DNA from: a virus
Taxonomy: Duplodnaviria; Caudoviricetes
DNA: 29,939 nt
Virus record (IMG/VR): IMGVR_UViG_3300005805_000324
Location: 1 to 29,939 of that record
Reading direction: 5' to 3' (one strand)
Positions within the stretch are counted from its first letter, which is position 1. The number at the start of each line of letters is the position of its first letter. Positions 1-8,928 of the stretch are shown here, piece after piece. Under the pieces are notes generated by a model. It was not told where the DNA came from, made no database searches, and worked only from the letters and a program-made list of their open reading frames with translations. The position numbers and the translations under genes were made by a program.

Positions 1-265
1 CATCAATTCAATTCAGCGTATTATCGGCCATCGCCATCAGGATACAATTGATTTGGTGCTGAAAAACATTGATGAAAAAAGTATCGCCATTGATGATACG
101 ATGCGATCGCGGATCAAATCGGTGTACGTATCCAAAAATGTGGTCCCTGATATTAAATTCGAACGTGTATCATCAATGGCAATGCTTTTTTCATCAATGT
201 TTTTCAGCACCAAATCAATGGTATCCTGATGGCGATGGCCGATGATACGCTGAATTGAATTGATG
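1..265. repeat. Imperfect inverted repeat: 1-99 is the reverse complement of 167-265
   Basis: 95/99 identity; mismatches at 22, 46, 82 and 85 all fall in synonymous third codon positions of the tail gene. Confidence 0.95.
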
Positions 266-2031
266 CCATTTGATATGTTAATGCGCATGTTTTGGATGTA
301 GGTTTCGCCACCTCCAAAACATATTGCCGGCAATGCAATGACCATGCGCCCGCGCCTGGGTGATGGCAATGTTTTCACGCTAAATGTCGCCCATTCGTTG
401 GTATTGGTCCCGGAATACTGCATGTTGATACCTGGATTTGATACCCAATATCCGGATGTGTTTGGTTGCAATCCGGTGTATGTACTCCCGGCCGTGTCAC
501 TGATGTACAAATAAAACAGAAACGAATTGTTTCCAGTTTGCGATATGCTCGTTTTAACGTCAAAACTAAACTCAATCACATCGCCAATTTCAACGTCAAT
601 GTCATTTGAATAAATTGGCGCTACTGCATCAGTTGTATTTAATACCAATATACGTTGAACCTCTTGACCTGTGTTTTGTGCCGTTGCAACGCGGATGTAA
701 TATTCAACCAAAAATGGTGATGCTACCCCATAAATATACCAAAACGGCGCTTCGTATTCGTTAATGTCGCACAATACGCCATCAATGGTTGCCGTGTATG
801 TACGAATAAACGGCCCCAATATCGACAAATCACCGTTGGTGATGATATTGGCCACCTGTTTGTACTCCATGTTTTCCTGAACATATTTGTACGGCCGAAC
901 AATGGATTGAATCCAACCGGTTTGAATTTGGCCCGCATTGAATTGTGAATTGTATGTATCAAATGTAGTTGCACCTCCAATTGTATCAATCGCCGCCGGA
1001 TATTGGTAGCCATTGAATGACATGCCGTTGACATCGGCCCACCGCCACAATTCACCCCACCGGACAACCCACCATTGGCCTTCCGCTTGAAATAGTGTTG
1101 CTCTAAACCGTGTCATGATTTTATCCAAAATATCATAGCACGAATCCCATGTCGATTCGTTTTTGAATGACAACACATTCACATACGTATCATCAAACCA
1201 AATGCCGTTGGTGCCGGTTGTAGGGTATAAATTCCCCAATACATTGGTATGTATCAAATCCAAATTTGTGGCCAATATGCAATTCCTGAACAATTCACGG
1301 ATTGTCACATAACCACGCAATGGCATCCGGTAGTCATAATCTAAATTGCCCGCCACTGCAATCACCGTTGGCACCGTTTGTTCAACAACAATAAAATTTT
1401 GCGCAAATGGTGTGTTTGTCCATGTTTGGTCAACAACGGTCCACGTGCCATCCAACGCCGATGCAGTCAAACTGATGTCAAACGTTTGGCCGGTTGTCAT
1501 GATCAAATCCGGGCCGGTGAATGTGATGTAGTTTTTGCCGTTGCTGATGTAGGATGTAAAATTGCCGTAATAACTTTTTGGCATGGCTTCATCAATCACC
1601 GCCTGATCCAACCGGATTTCCTTTAATGTTGCCAGGTTATCGGTTGCGGTCAATTGTATTTCATGCGCAAAATCGACCTGTATTTCACTGCAATCATCCT
1701 GTAAAACATACCCGCAAAACAACAATTCATCTGTCAAATCATCCTCCAATGTCACATAAAATTCATTGTCGTTTTCGCTGTAAAAATCAGACAATTTCAC
1801 CTCCGTATAGTTCGGATCACCGTGATTGGCGATGATGTTTATTTTTAAGGTGCAACCACGAACCGGCGCAAATGGATCATCTTCTTGCCATTCCTGGACA
1901 ACCGGTGTGCCGGCCAGCAATAACGTGCCAACACTCGGCGGGCTTACCGTTGAATAAATGCGCAAAGTATAGTATTGAACCGTTGATTGGTTCGATTGGA
2001 ATTGCGCGGCGTATGTTTCAAAATATGGCAT
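100..2031 (-). CDS. Large tail tip/baseplate hub-like protein, N-terminal 644 aa (continues 29864 to 29514; 760 aa in total)
   Basis: Directly follows the tape measure gene; beta-rich, Thr/Tyr/Trp-rich; DTYTDLIRDRI is shared with the 29514-29900 ORF. The last 20 aa of the listed 664-aa ORF come from the inverted left end. Confidence 0.75.
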
Positions 2032-4073
2032 TATGCTGTGCGGTTATATGTTTGCTGATATTTTTTATTACTGAAATATATGTCCTGTCCACGCAATACG
2101 CCGTACACCTGTACGGACTCCATCGCGCCCATCATTCGTGATGTTTGTGTTGCTGGAACTACCTGTGATCCGCGCGGCAATCCAATCAGTTCTGGCCCAC
2201 GTTCACCGACCAGCGCCAAACCACCCGGTGCAAATGTGGTACCGGTTGCGAATGCTTGTTTTTTGCTTGCCAGCGATTTCAACACACTACCAATTGCAAT
2301 TAATGCAATACTACCGGCAACCGCCAACGCTGGATTTTTTAATATAAACTTTTTGACAACCTCAATTTGAATTGCCATTGCGATGAATTGTTTGCCCAAT
2401 GCAATCATTCCATCGCCAATCACGGCAAAAATACCCTTAAAGAAATCTCCGATATTTCCACCCATTGCCAACGCCGCAAAACCTTCGCCAACGGATACCG
2501 CCATGTTTTCAAATGTGTTTTCAATAATGCCGTTGATGATTTCGGCATTTGATTGCATCTGCTTTTCCAATCCCTTATTTTCCTTTGACAAAAACGCACT
2601 TGTTTGTTTGTATGCATTTGAAATGATTGGTGTGAAATTCTGCAAAAACTTATCATCCACGCCGACCGCCAACGTCAATTTTCGATTATTCAAAATATCC
2701 TGCAACCGCTGGAATTCAAGGTCATACAAAAAACGTTCAAAATCCGCGTAAACTTTCGTGACAATTCGGTTGTCTTTGCTGACATTAAAATCTTTGATCA
2801 TGTTCATTGCCGTGTCCAACGCGGTTTTGACACGATCATCCAACATCGACATACCAACCAATTGTTCCTGTCTGCCGATGTCCTGTATTGTATCCAAATA
2901 TTTTTTGTAACGATCGGTTAAGGTTTCAACATCCTTTGCGGATTTCTTTTTTGTTTTATTACCATCTTTTTCCTTTGTTCCTAATTCGCCGTAAAGTTTT
3001 GTTGATTCTAATGTCGCTTTATTTAATTCTAACTGCATTGATGTGATTTGCGATGTTGTTGTTTGCAAATCTTTATTTACAGTAGTTAATTCCTTTTTTA
3101 ATGCAATTTCCTTTTTTTGTGATGCAATATAATTGTATACTGATGTTGATGTACCACCGTATGATGTACGCGCTTTTCCTTGCGTAGCCGCCAACAAACG
3201 TGTTGATTCCGCGGCTTGATCTGTTATTTTTTTATTTAATGATATTGATTGATTTTGTAGATTATTTTTTTTAATTGTTAATTCAGCCGCGCGGTCTGTG
3301 TATTTTGTTGCAACGGCTTGCGCGACCAATGCACGCGTCATTGTGTTGATTTGTTCCGTTGTTTTTGCCGTGTTAATATTTACTAATGTCAATTTATCGC
3401 CATGCTCGCCCATGATTTCATTGGCCCGCTTTAACGCCTCATTTCGCTGATCAATGGATAATGTGTTGTCCTTTGCGATATTGACATATGCTTGTAATTG
3501 CATGCCGGTTGCCAATGCCGATGATTTTGCCTGATTCAATGAATCCGCGAAACTTTTTGCATCCTTTTCGGCTTCACTCATTTCATTTTTTGCCTTTCTG
3601 GCTTGCATACTGAAATACGTGATTGCAGATGTAACGGCCGCGAATGCCAAACTTATTCCAGCCGGACCAATCAACGATTGACCTAATGCCTTCAATGCAC
3701 CCCCGGTCGATCCTGTTTCACCTCTTAAACGCGCAAAATCATCAAACAGCGGTTGCAAGTTGTTCGATATGGCGATGAATCCAAATGGCGCATCCTGAAC
3801 GATTCGCGACATATTACCAACGGCTGTGCCGGCCTGATTGGCGCCAACCCTCACATTTGACAATGCCGTGTTCGCTGTGGCGGCGGCGGCTTGCAAACCT
3901 TGAATTTGTGATTTTACCGCGGAAACCTCCCTTTGTAGGTTTTTGGCAATGTCAACATCGCCGGTTTTCTTTAACTGCTTTTCAAGGTCCCGCAATTTAT
4001 TTTCAGCCAATTGCAGTTCAGCACTCAATTGCGATGCATCCGCGCCAACCGTTATGATTAAATTTTCCGCCAT
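2031..4073 (-). CDS. Tape measure protein (680 aa)
   Basis: Follows the chaperones; N-terminal LIITVGADAS, long helical Ala/Lys/Gln-rich body with hydrophobic segments, C-terminal FATG...ALVGERGPE motif typical of TMPs. Confidence 0.92.
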   Translation of the reverse strand: MAENLIITVGADASQLSAELQLAENKLRDLEKQLKKTGDVDIAKNLQREVSAVKSQIQGLQAAAATANTALSNVRVGANQAGTAVGNMSRIVQDAPFGFIAISNNLQPLFDDFARLRGETGSTGGALKALGQSLIGPAGISLAFAAVTSAITYFSMQARKAKNEMSEAEKDAKSFADSLNQAKSSALATGMQLQAYVNIAKDNTLSIDQRNEALKRANEIMGEHGDKLTLVNINTAKTTEQINTMTRALVAQAVATKYTDRAAELTIKKNNLQNQSISLNKKITDQAAESTRLLAATQGKARTSYGGTSTSVYNYIASQKKEIALKKELTTVNKDLQTTTSQITSMQLELNKATLESTKLYGELGTKEKDGNKTKKKSAKDVETLTDRYKKYLDTIQDIGRQEQLVGMSMLDDRVKTALDTAMNMIKDFNVSKDNRIVTKVYADFERFLYDLEFQRLQDILNNRKLTLAVGVDDKFLQNFTPIISNAYKQTSAFLSKENKGLEKQMQSNAEIINGIIENTFENMAVSVGEGFAALAMGGNIGDFFKGIFAVIGDGMIALGKQFIAMAIQIEVVKKFILKNPALAVAGSIALIAIGSVLKSLASKKQAFATGTTFAPGGLALVGERGPELIGLPRGSQVVPATQTSRMMGAMESVQVYGVLRGQDIYFSNKKYQQTYNRTA

Positions 4074-4398
4074 TACTTTGTTTTTATTTTATGCCTTTCA
4101 AATATCGCCTTTATTCGATCCGGTGTCATTTCCTTTGCCGGGTTCCGTACCTTGTCGCCATCCATTGGCCAAAACTTTTCAATCGGTCCGACCGCCTTAC
4201 TTCCGGCCATTGATTCGGAAATACGAAAGGCGGCAAATCTTAACAATTTGGCCGCCTTTTTTTCCTTGTTTAAATATCCTAAACATGCCGCATAAAATTC
4301 CATTGGTGTCGATGTATAATATTCATATGGTGTCCATCCTAATTCACCCAATGCGAACTGCAAATTTTCAAACGCCCATTCCTTTACACTTTTTTTTT
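4073..4398 (-). CDS. Tail assembly chaperone, -1 frame extension (lambda gpGT-like)
   Basis: The -1 frame is open from the A9 run (KSVKEWAFENLQFALGELGWTPYEYY...); ELGWTPYE is typical of T-type chaperones. Confidence 0.8.
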
Positions 4399-4719
4399 GC
4401 TTTCATCGGCTTCAATCAATTCCTGGCCATCTTTGACCAATGATTGCCAGGATTTTGATTCGTTCAATGTCGCGGCAACCAAATTCAAATTGTCCTGTTT
4501 ATTGTCCATTGTATCCACCCAATCGCACACATCTTCAAACGTGTAATCGGGTTCGTTTCTTTTTACGTAATCATTCCCACGCAAACCCGCGTAAACCATC
4601 GCATAAATAATCGCGCTGGTTGTTTGGTTGTCATTGTATTGGGCCATCAATTCAACGGCCAATTGGTTGAACTTCAAACCTCGCGTTTTGCCTCCAATTT
4701 CAATTTGTACGTAACTCAT
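4384..4719 (-). CDS. Tail assembly chaperone (gpG-like, 111 aa)
   Basis: Between tail tubes and TMP; IEIGGKTRGLKF start; ends in slippery AGC AAA AAA AAA GTG TAA. Confidence 0.85.
   Translation of the reverse strand: MSYVQIEIGGKTRGLKFNQLAVELMAQYNDNQTTSAIIYAMVYAGLRGNDYVKRNEPDYTFEDVCDWVDTMDNKQDNLNLVAATLNESKSWQSLVKDGQELIEADESKKKV
4390..4398 (-). other. Programmed -1 ribosomal frameshift site (A AAA AAA)
   Basis: Nine-A run just before the chaperone stop codon; a -1 slip joins the downstream 96-aa ORF in frame. Confidence 0.8.
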
Positions 4720-4740
4720 TTTTGTGTTTAGTTTAGTTTA

Positions 4741-5913
4741 TTAAAAATAGCGGATGTACAAACCTAAATTGTACGGACCGCCAACCTGGAACAATGATTT
4801 GTCGGCTGTAATCATTCCGGTGTTTTTCATCATGTATGCATTATCTGCATCAAATTCGGTTGATGTCCAACGGCCTGATACAAAGTTGATGCCCAATGAA
4901 GCATTGTTGTCGAAAATTTCTTGCATTTCATCCAATGCCGGCACAACCCAATCATTGTATCCGCCCGAATTGTATGCATATGCGAAATATGTATTGGCCC
5001 CGGCAACACCGGTTGATGCGGCATGAATTATTGCTGTGTTTGCAGTTCCATCGCCAATTGCCGTATCCGTTGCGCCTGTGGTTGCCTTTATGCCCCAACG
5101 TACCGATGTAAGATATCCTGTTGTACCTACAACAAATCCGCCACCAACGCCGTCTAAATACGCCACCTTGCCACCGGCGTATGTATCGCCAATCACCAAC
5201 GCGCGCACCTCTAAATTGAAAACAGCCGTTGCCGTTGCCGCCGCATCATCAGTGACCGTAATTGTGTACCCGGTGTTCCCGGTGTTTGTTGTCGCCGTTC
5301 CGTACACTTCGCCGGTTGATGTGTCAAATGACAATCCAGCCGGCAATGCCGGTGAAATGCTGTATGTATATGGCGCCGTTCCGCCCTGGCCTTCAACCGG
5401 ATAAAATGATGGCGATGTGCCATTAAACACGGTGTTATTCAATGATAGTACAACCGCTTGCAATCCAGCACCTGGGCCGCCACCACCTTCAATCAACAAT
5501 AATGGTTCACCATATGGCTGAATGGTACCGGTGAATGTGCCAACGGAATCAAACGCGTATTCACTCGACAATTCCGATAAATAACCGGTTCCGCTTTGAA
5601 TTTCATCGCCGGTGACCGGTGTTTCCGGTGCAATCATCCATCCGATTGTTTGTTCCGCCCTCAACAATGGCCGCAAATCGGTGCCGCTTATTTTGCCGGT
5701 GTCCGGATCCTGTAAATGTTGCCCCTCAAAACTGATGGAAATTTCAGCCGCGCCAGGTGATTTGTCCGGGCCGCATGCGCTGGATGCATCCACAACGGCA
5801 ACACTATCCGAAATGCCAACGGATGTCAAACACACAACAACACTGTAATCATCCCCACCATTGGGATCAATGAACAACAGCATGTCACCGCCCTGGACTT
5901 TATGTTCAGACAT
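4741..5913 (-). CDS. Tail tube protein paralog fused to a He_PIG-like Ig domain and a DUF1566/C-type-lectin-like domain (390 aa)
   Basis: First ~143 aa about 79% identical (hand count) to the upstream tube; GGGGPGAG linker; GGTAPYTYSISPALPAGLSFDTSTGEVYGT; IGDTYAGGKV...GYNDWVVPALDEM...WTSTE...YIRYF. Confidence 0.8.
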   Translation of the reverse strand: MSEHKVQGGDMLLFIDPNGGDDYSVVVCLTSVGISDSVAVVDASSACGPDKSPGAAEISISFEGQHLQDPDTGKISGTDLRPLLRAEQTIGWMIAPETPVTGDEIQSGTGYLSELSSEYAFDSVGTFTGTIQPYGEPLLLIEGGGGPGAGLQAVVLSLNNTVFNGTSPSFYPVEGQGGTAPYTYSISPALPAGLSFDTSTGEVYGTATTNTGNTGYTITVTDDAAATATAVFNLEVRALVIGDTYAGGKVAYLDGVGGGFVVGTTGYLTSVRWGIKATTGATDTAIGDGTANTAIIHAASTGVAGANTYFAYAYNSGGYNDWVVPALDEMQEIFDNNASLGINFVSGRWTSTEFDADNAYMMKNTGMITADKSLFQVGGPYNLGLYIRYF

Positions 5914-5925
5914 ATTTTTGTTTTA

Positions 5926-6357
5926 TTATGGTTCGATTGAAATAACAGGTTCGCCGTATGGCTGGATGGTTCCGGTAAATGTACCAACCGAATCAAATGC
6001 GTATTCGCTGGACAATTCCGAAAGATATCCGGTACCCTCTTCGATTTCATCACCTGTTACCGGTGTTTCGGGTGAAATTTTCCAACCGATAGTTGTTTTT
6101 GAACGCAACAATTGACGCAATGATGTGCCGCTGATTTTACCTGATACAGGATCCTGTAAATGCTGGCCCTCAAATGAATACGACAATTCCAATGTTCCAG
6201 GTGATTTGTCCGGACCGCATGCGCTTGATGCGTCAACAACGGAAATTGAATCGGATTTGCTTACTGATGTCAAACAAACTACCATATCGTAGTCGGTGCC
6301 ACCAGCGGGATCGATGAACAACAACATTGTACCGCCCGCGACTTTGTGTTCTGCCAT
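5926..6357 (-). CDS. Major tail tube protein (143 aa)
   Basis: Position after the tail terminator; HKVAGGTMLLFI...DASSAC...GTGYLSELS...TFTGTIQPYGEP resembles TP901-1-type tubes. Confidence 0.85.
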   Translation of the reverse strand: MAEHKVAGGTMLLFIDPAGGTDYDMVVCLTSVSKSDSISVVDASSACGPDKSPGTLELSYSFEGQHLQDPVSGKISGTSLRQLLRSKTTIGWKISPETPVTGDEIEEGTGYLSELSSEYAFDSVGTFTGTIQPYGEPVISIEP

Positions 6358-6380
6358 TTTATTTTATTTTATTGGTTTGA

Positions 6381-6806
6381 TTATGAAAGTACAAAAATAT
6401 CCTGTTTGAAGATAAGAAACCGGCTAATATAATTTTTTGCGGCCAATTCGCCGTAACGTTCGGTCCGGTCCGTGTCCAACGTCAAATTCATCATTTGCAA
6501 CCCATCGCCAGACAAATCTAAAACGGTGTTTGGTGTCGGCAAAATGGCCTGCAAAATGGCATCAACGGTATTGTTTAACCCGCTGGATGATGCGTATTTG
6601 TACGACCAGGAATGTACAGCCACCTGAATGGTTTTTTGCTGATCGAATGAATTTGATGTGGATGTATCATTACCAACCGGATCGGAAATGACCACATAGA
6701 TGCTGTGTTTGACATCATCGGGTTCCTCACCCTCATAACACGGAATATCCAACGCCGAAATGACGTCATAATATGCCTTAAACAACGAATTGTTGGTATC
6801 TCTCAT
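6381..6806 (-). CDS. Tail completion/terminator protein (SPP1 gp17/DUF3168-like)
   Basis: Size, position between the gp10-like gene and the tube, IPCYEGEEPDD...YVVI...IQVAVHS pattern. Confidence 0.7.
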   Translation of the reverse strand: MRDTNNSLFKAYYDVISALDIPCYEGEEPDDVKHSIYVVISDPVGNDTSTSNSFDQQKTIQVAVHSWSYKYASSSGLNNTVDAILQAILPTPNTVLDLSGDGLQMMNLTLDTDRTERYGELAAKNYISRFLIFKQDIFVLS

Positions 6807-7327
6807 TTCAATAAATTTTTAAGCCGTTGTATTAATAACGGTGTGTTTTTGTTTACCGCCGGATACAAAAAAGGCTGTGGCCGAACCCCATCCCGCAGTA
6901 TTTTGCGCATAATTGGGAATAATGCCTTTTGATCAATACCGCGATCCTTTACCCATTGCAACATTGATGCCCTGAACTGATCAAAATTGCCACCGCCACC
7001 ACCTTTTGCGCCGGATGCCATTTTCTGCCATTCATCCGGTAAACTGCCTACATATTGCGACGCAAATTTGCGGGTGCCAAATTCGACATATGCCGCATAA
7101 TTTGAATTGACCGCAACGGCCGCACTCCCATTGCCATAAATAGGCGCAACAGACCGCGCCAATGCGCCGGTGTTTGATGTTCTGCCTTGCAAATTCGATT
7201 TCGCATCACGCGCCACATCATCGGCCCATGCCTTCAATTCGGCATTGGCAATGTTTTGCACCTTGTCCGGATAATTTTTGAACTCAGCCAAAACGGCGTT
7301 CAACCCCTTCATTTCCAATGTTATCAT
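6803..7327 (-). CDS. HK97 gp10-family neck/tail completion protein
   Basis: TGALARS, YAAYVEFGTR and PQPFLYPAV motifs. Confidence 0.9.
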   Translation of the reverse strand: MITLEMKGLNAVLAEFKNYPDKVQNIANAELKAWADDVARDAKSNLQGRTSNTGALARSVAPIYGNGSAAVAVNSNYAAYVEFGTRKFASQYVGSLPDEWQKMASGAKGGGGGNFDQFRASMLQWVKDRGIDQKALFPIMRKILRDGVRPQPFLYPAVNKNTPLLIQRLKNLLK

Positions 7328-7764
7328 GGCGCGTAGTTGTAGACGCGGATTTCAATTGGCACATTGAACAAATCGCCATTTGCACCCGCTGTGATTCTTA
7401 TTGTTTGATTATCGATCCATTTTTGACCAAATGTTTCATTGTCGCCATTTGTGCCAATCATCACCCATGTTGAATCGGCATCGGTAAAACATGCCGTGTC
7501 CGCAACCAAATCATAATCGCCAACGCCGTTGTATGTTGTTGTGATTGTTGCCCCCAATGTATTTTCGAACTCATTAATCACCGGCGGCGCTGTGGCTGTT
7601 TGATTCAACAATGCAACGTAAATTTTGTATGGCTTCACATAATCGCGCACATCCACCATTGTGGCGGAACCCTCATTGACAGGATCGCGCAAAACAGGGA
7701 TAATATCCCCGGATTGCAACCCGCCTAAATTGGGCAAATATTCATATGGCACTTTGAACCCCAT
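7324..7764 (-). CDS. Putative virion neck appendage/structural protein (146 aa)
   Basis: Translationally coupled inside the neck operon; beta-rich; N-terminal LPNL..LQSGDIIPV resembles fibre anchor segments. Confidence 0.5.
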   Translation of the reverse strand: MGFKVPYEYLPNLGGLQSGDIIPVLRDPVNEGSATMVDVRDYVKPYKIYVALLNQTATAPPVINEFENTLGATITTTYNGVGDYDLVADTACFTDADSTWVMIGTNGDNETFGQKWIDNQTIRITAGANGDLFNVPIEIRVYNYAP

Positions 7765-8345
7765 TAATAGTACATTACGGTGATCACTTCGCCATTCTCG
7801 ATTGTGTATTCAAACTCAACAGATCCAGCCGCGGGATCAAACAATGCCTGTTTGCCTGTTGGTGTTCCGCTGTCAATTATCACGAATTGAACGCCATCTT
7901 TGAAGATGCCGAATGCATCCTTACCAATCAGCAATGACGCCGTGAATTGATTGTATTCGCCGGTACCAACATAGTTGTACACCTTTATTGTATCCGTATC
8001 CATTGGCGCATCATTGTTTATGTTTTCATCAATTTTAGTGCATCGGATGTATTCCCATGATTTGGCGCCCTCGTTGCGGATTTGTATGCTATTGATCCGC
8101 ATTGGCACATTCTCATAAAACAACACATCATTTGACCGCGTTTGCCTGGTTGGTTCATATCGCATTATGACCACATGGTCATACTGCCATTGGTCCTGAT
8201 CACTCGACCGGTTGACGTTCCCATCCCGATCGCGCACTTCCGCCCATTTTGTCCATGCACCGGTTTGCACGGCCACCAAACCACCTATTTCGTTTTGTGT
8301 GGCCTCATATCGGCGCACCGTTACCCGCCTGTTTAATTTATACAC
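7764..8345 (-). CDS. Head closure protein (SPP1 gp16-like) with a C-terminal extension
   Basis: LNRRVTV...NEIGG...W..WAEV...IVMRY-like pattern in the first ~110 aa; extra ~80-aa beta domain. Confidence 0.8.
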   Translation of the reverse strand: MYKLNRRVTVRRYEATQNEIGGLVAVQTGAWTKWAEVRDRDGNVNRSSDQDQWQYDHVVIMRYEPTRQTRSNDVLFYENVPMRINSIQIRNEGAKSWEYIRCTKIDENINNDAPMDTDTIKVYNYVGTGEYNQFTASLLIGKDAFGIFKDGVQFVIIDSGTPTGKQALFDPAAGSVEFEYTIENGEVITVMYY

Positions 8346-8862
8346 GCCTAAATGGTTTTAGTATCATTTTAGCAATTGGCCCAATTTCATCCACTTCAAT
8401 CGACCGGTTGTCGTATAGGTAATAAATTGCGTTCAGCAATCCCAACCGCAACACCTCCGGCAATTCGCCATATCCGGCAAAATATTCAATGGTGATGTTG
8501 TTTTCCGCTGGCCATTCCAACCGCACAAAATCATTTCCACGCAATTTGTACCCTGTGCCCGCCTCCAACACAACATCGTTGTCGTTTATCACCTCCACTA
8601 TTTCATACAATGGCCCATAAGGCAAATAAATATCGCCGTTCATGTTATTCAATACGGCCGTTATTTCATGCACCACAAATCCAACGCCGGTGTAGGCCTC
8701 GCACATTTGCCGAGCCGCCGTAATAATGCTTTCAATCAGCACATCATCATTCGATATGTCGATTTTACAAAAATCCTTCGCCTCCGATAATGTCACCGGT
8801 TCAACAATGGCATCATCATTGAATTGAATGTCCAAAATGCTGTTGTATTGTACTCCGTACAT
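8338..8862 (-). CDS. Head-tail connector (HK97 gp6/phiE125 gp8-like)
   Basis: EPVTLSEAKDFCKID..DDVLIESIITAARQMCEAYTG; YFAGYG; YLYDNR. Confidence 0.92.
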   Translation of the reverse strand: MYGVQYNSILDIQFNDDAIVEPVTLSEAKDFCKIDISNDDVLIESIITAARQMCEAYTGVGFVVHEITAVLNNMNGDIYLPYGPLYEIVEVINDNDVVLEAGTGYKLRGNDFVRLEWPAENNITIEYFAGYGELPEVLRLGLLNAIYYLYDNRSIEVDEIGPIAKMILKPFRRV

Positions 8863-8875
8863 GGTATCAATTTAA

Positions 8876-8907
8876 TAAGGCCCCACCGTTGTGGGTAGGG
8901 CCTTTTT
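8876..8907 (-). terminator. Stem-loop downstream of the major capsid gene (terminator/attenuator or stabiliser)
   Basis: AGGCCCTACC-CACAAC-GGTGGGGCCT; only a weak U tract on the minus strand. Confidence 0.6.
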
Positions 8908-8928
8908 ATTTACTAACAATTAAACCTA

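Noticed and set aside
37-99. C-terminus VSSMAILFSSMFFSTKSIVS of the 664-aa ORF
   Set aside because: Read-through into the inverted fragment; the real frame continues at 29864.
1-265. Hairpin telomere or invertible tail segment
   Set aside because: The repeat lies inside a coding gene, differs only at synonymous sites, and no protelomerase or invertase is present; an allele chimera is simpler.
4741-6357. Complete DGR with the tube duplication as TR/VR
   Set aside because: The duplicated part is the tube domain, both copies are intact coding genes with differences not limited to adenines, and there is no reverse transcriptase.
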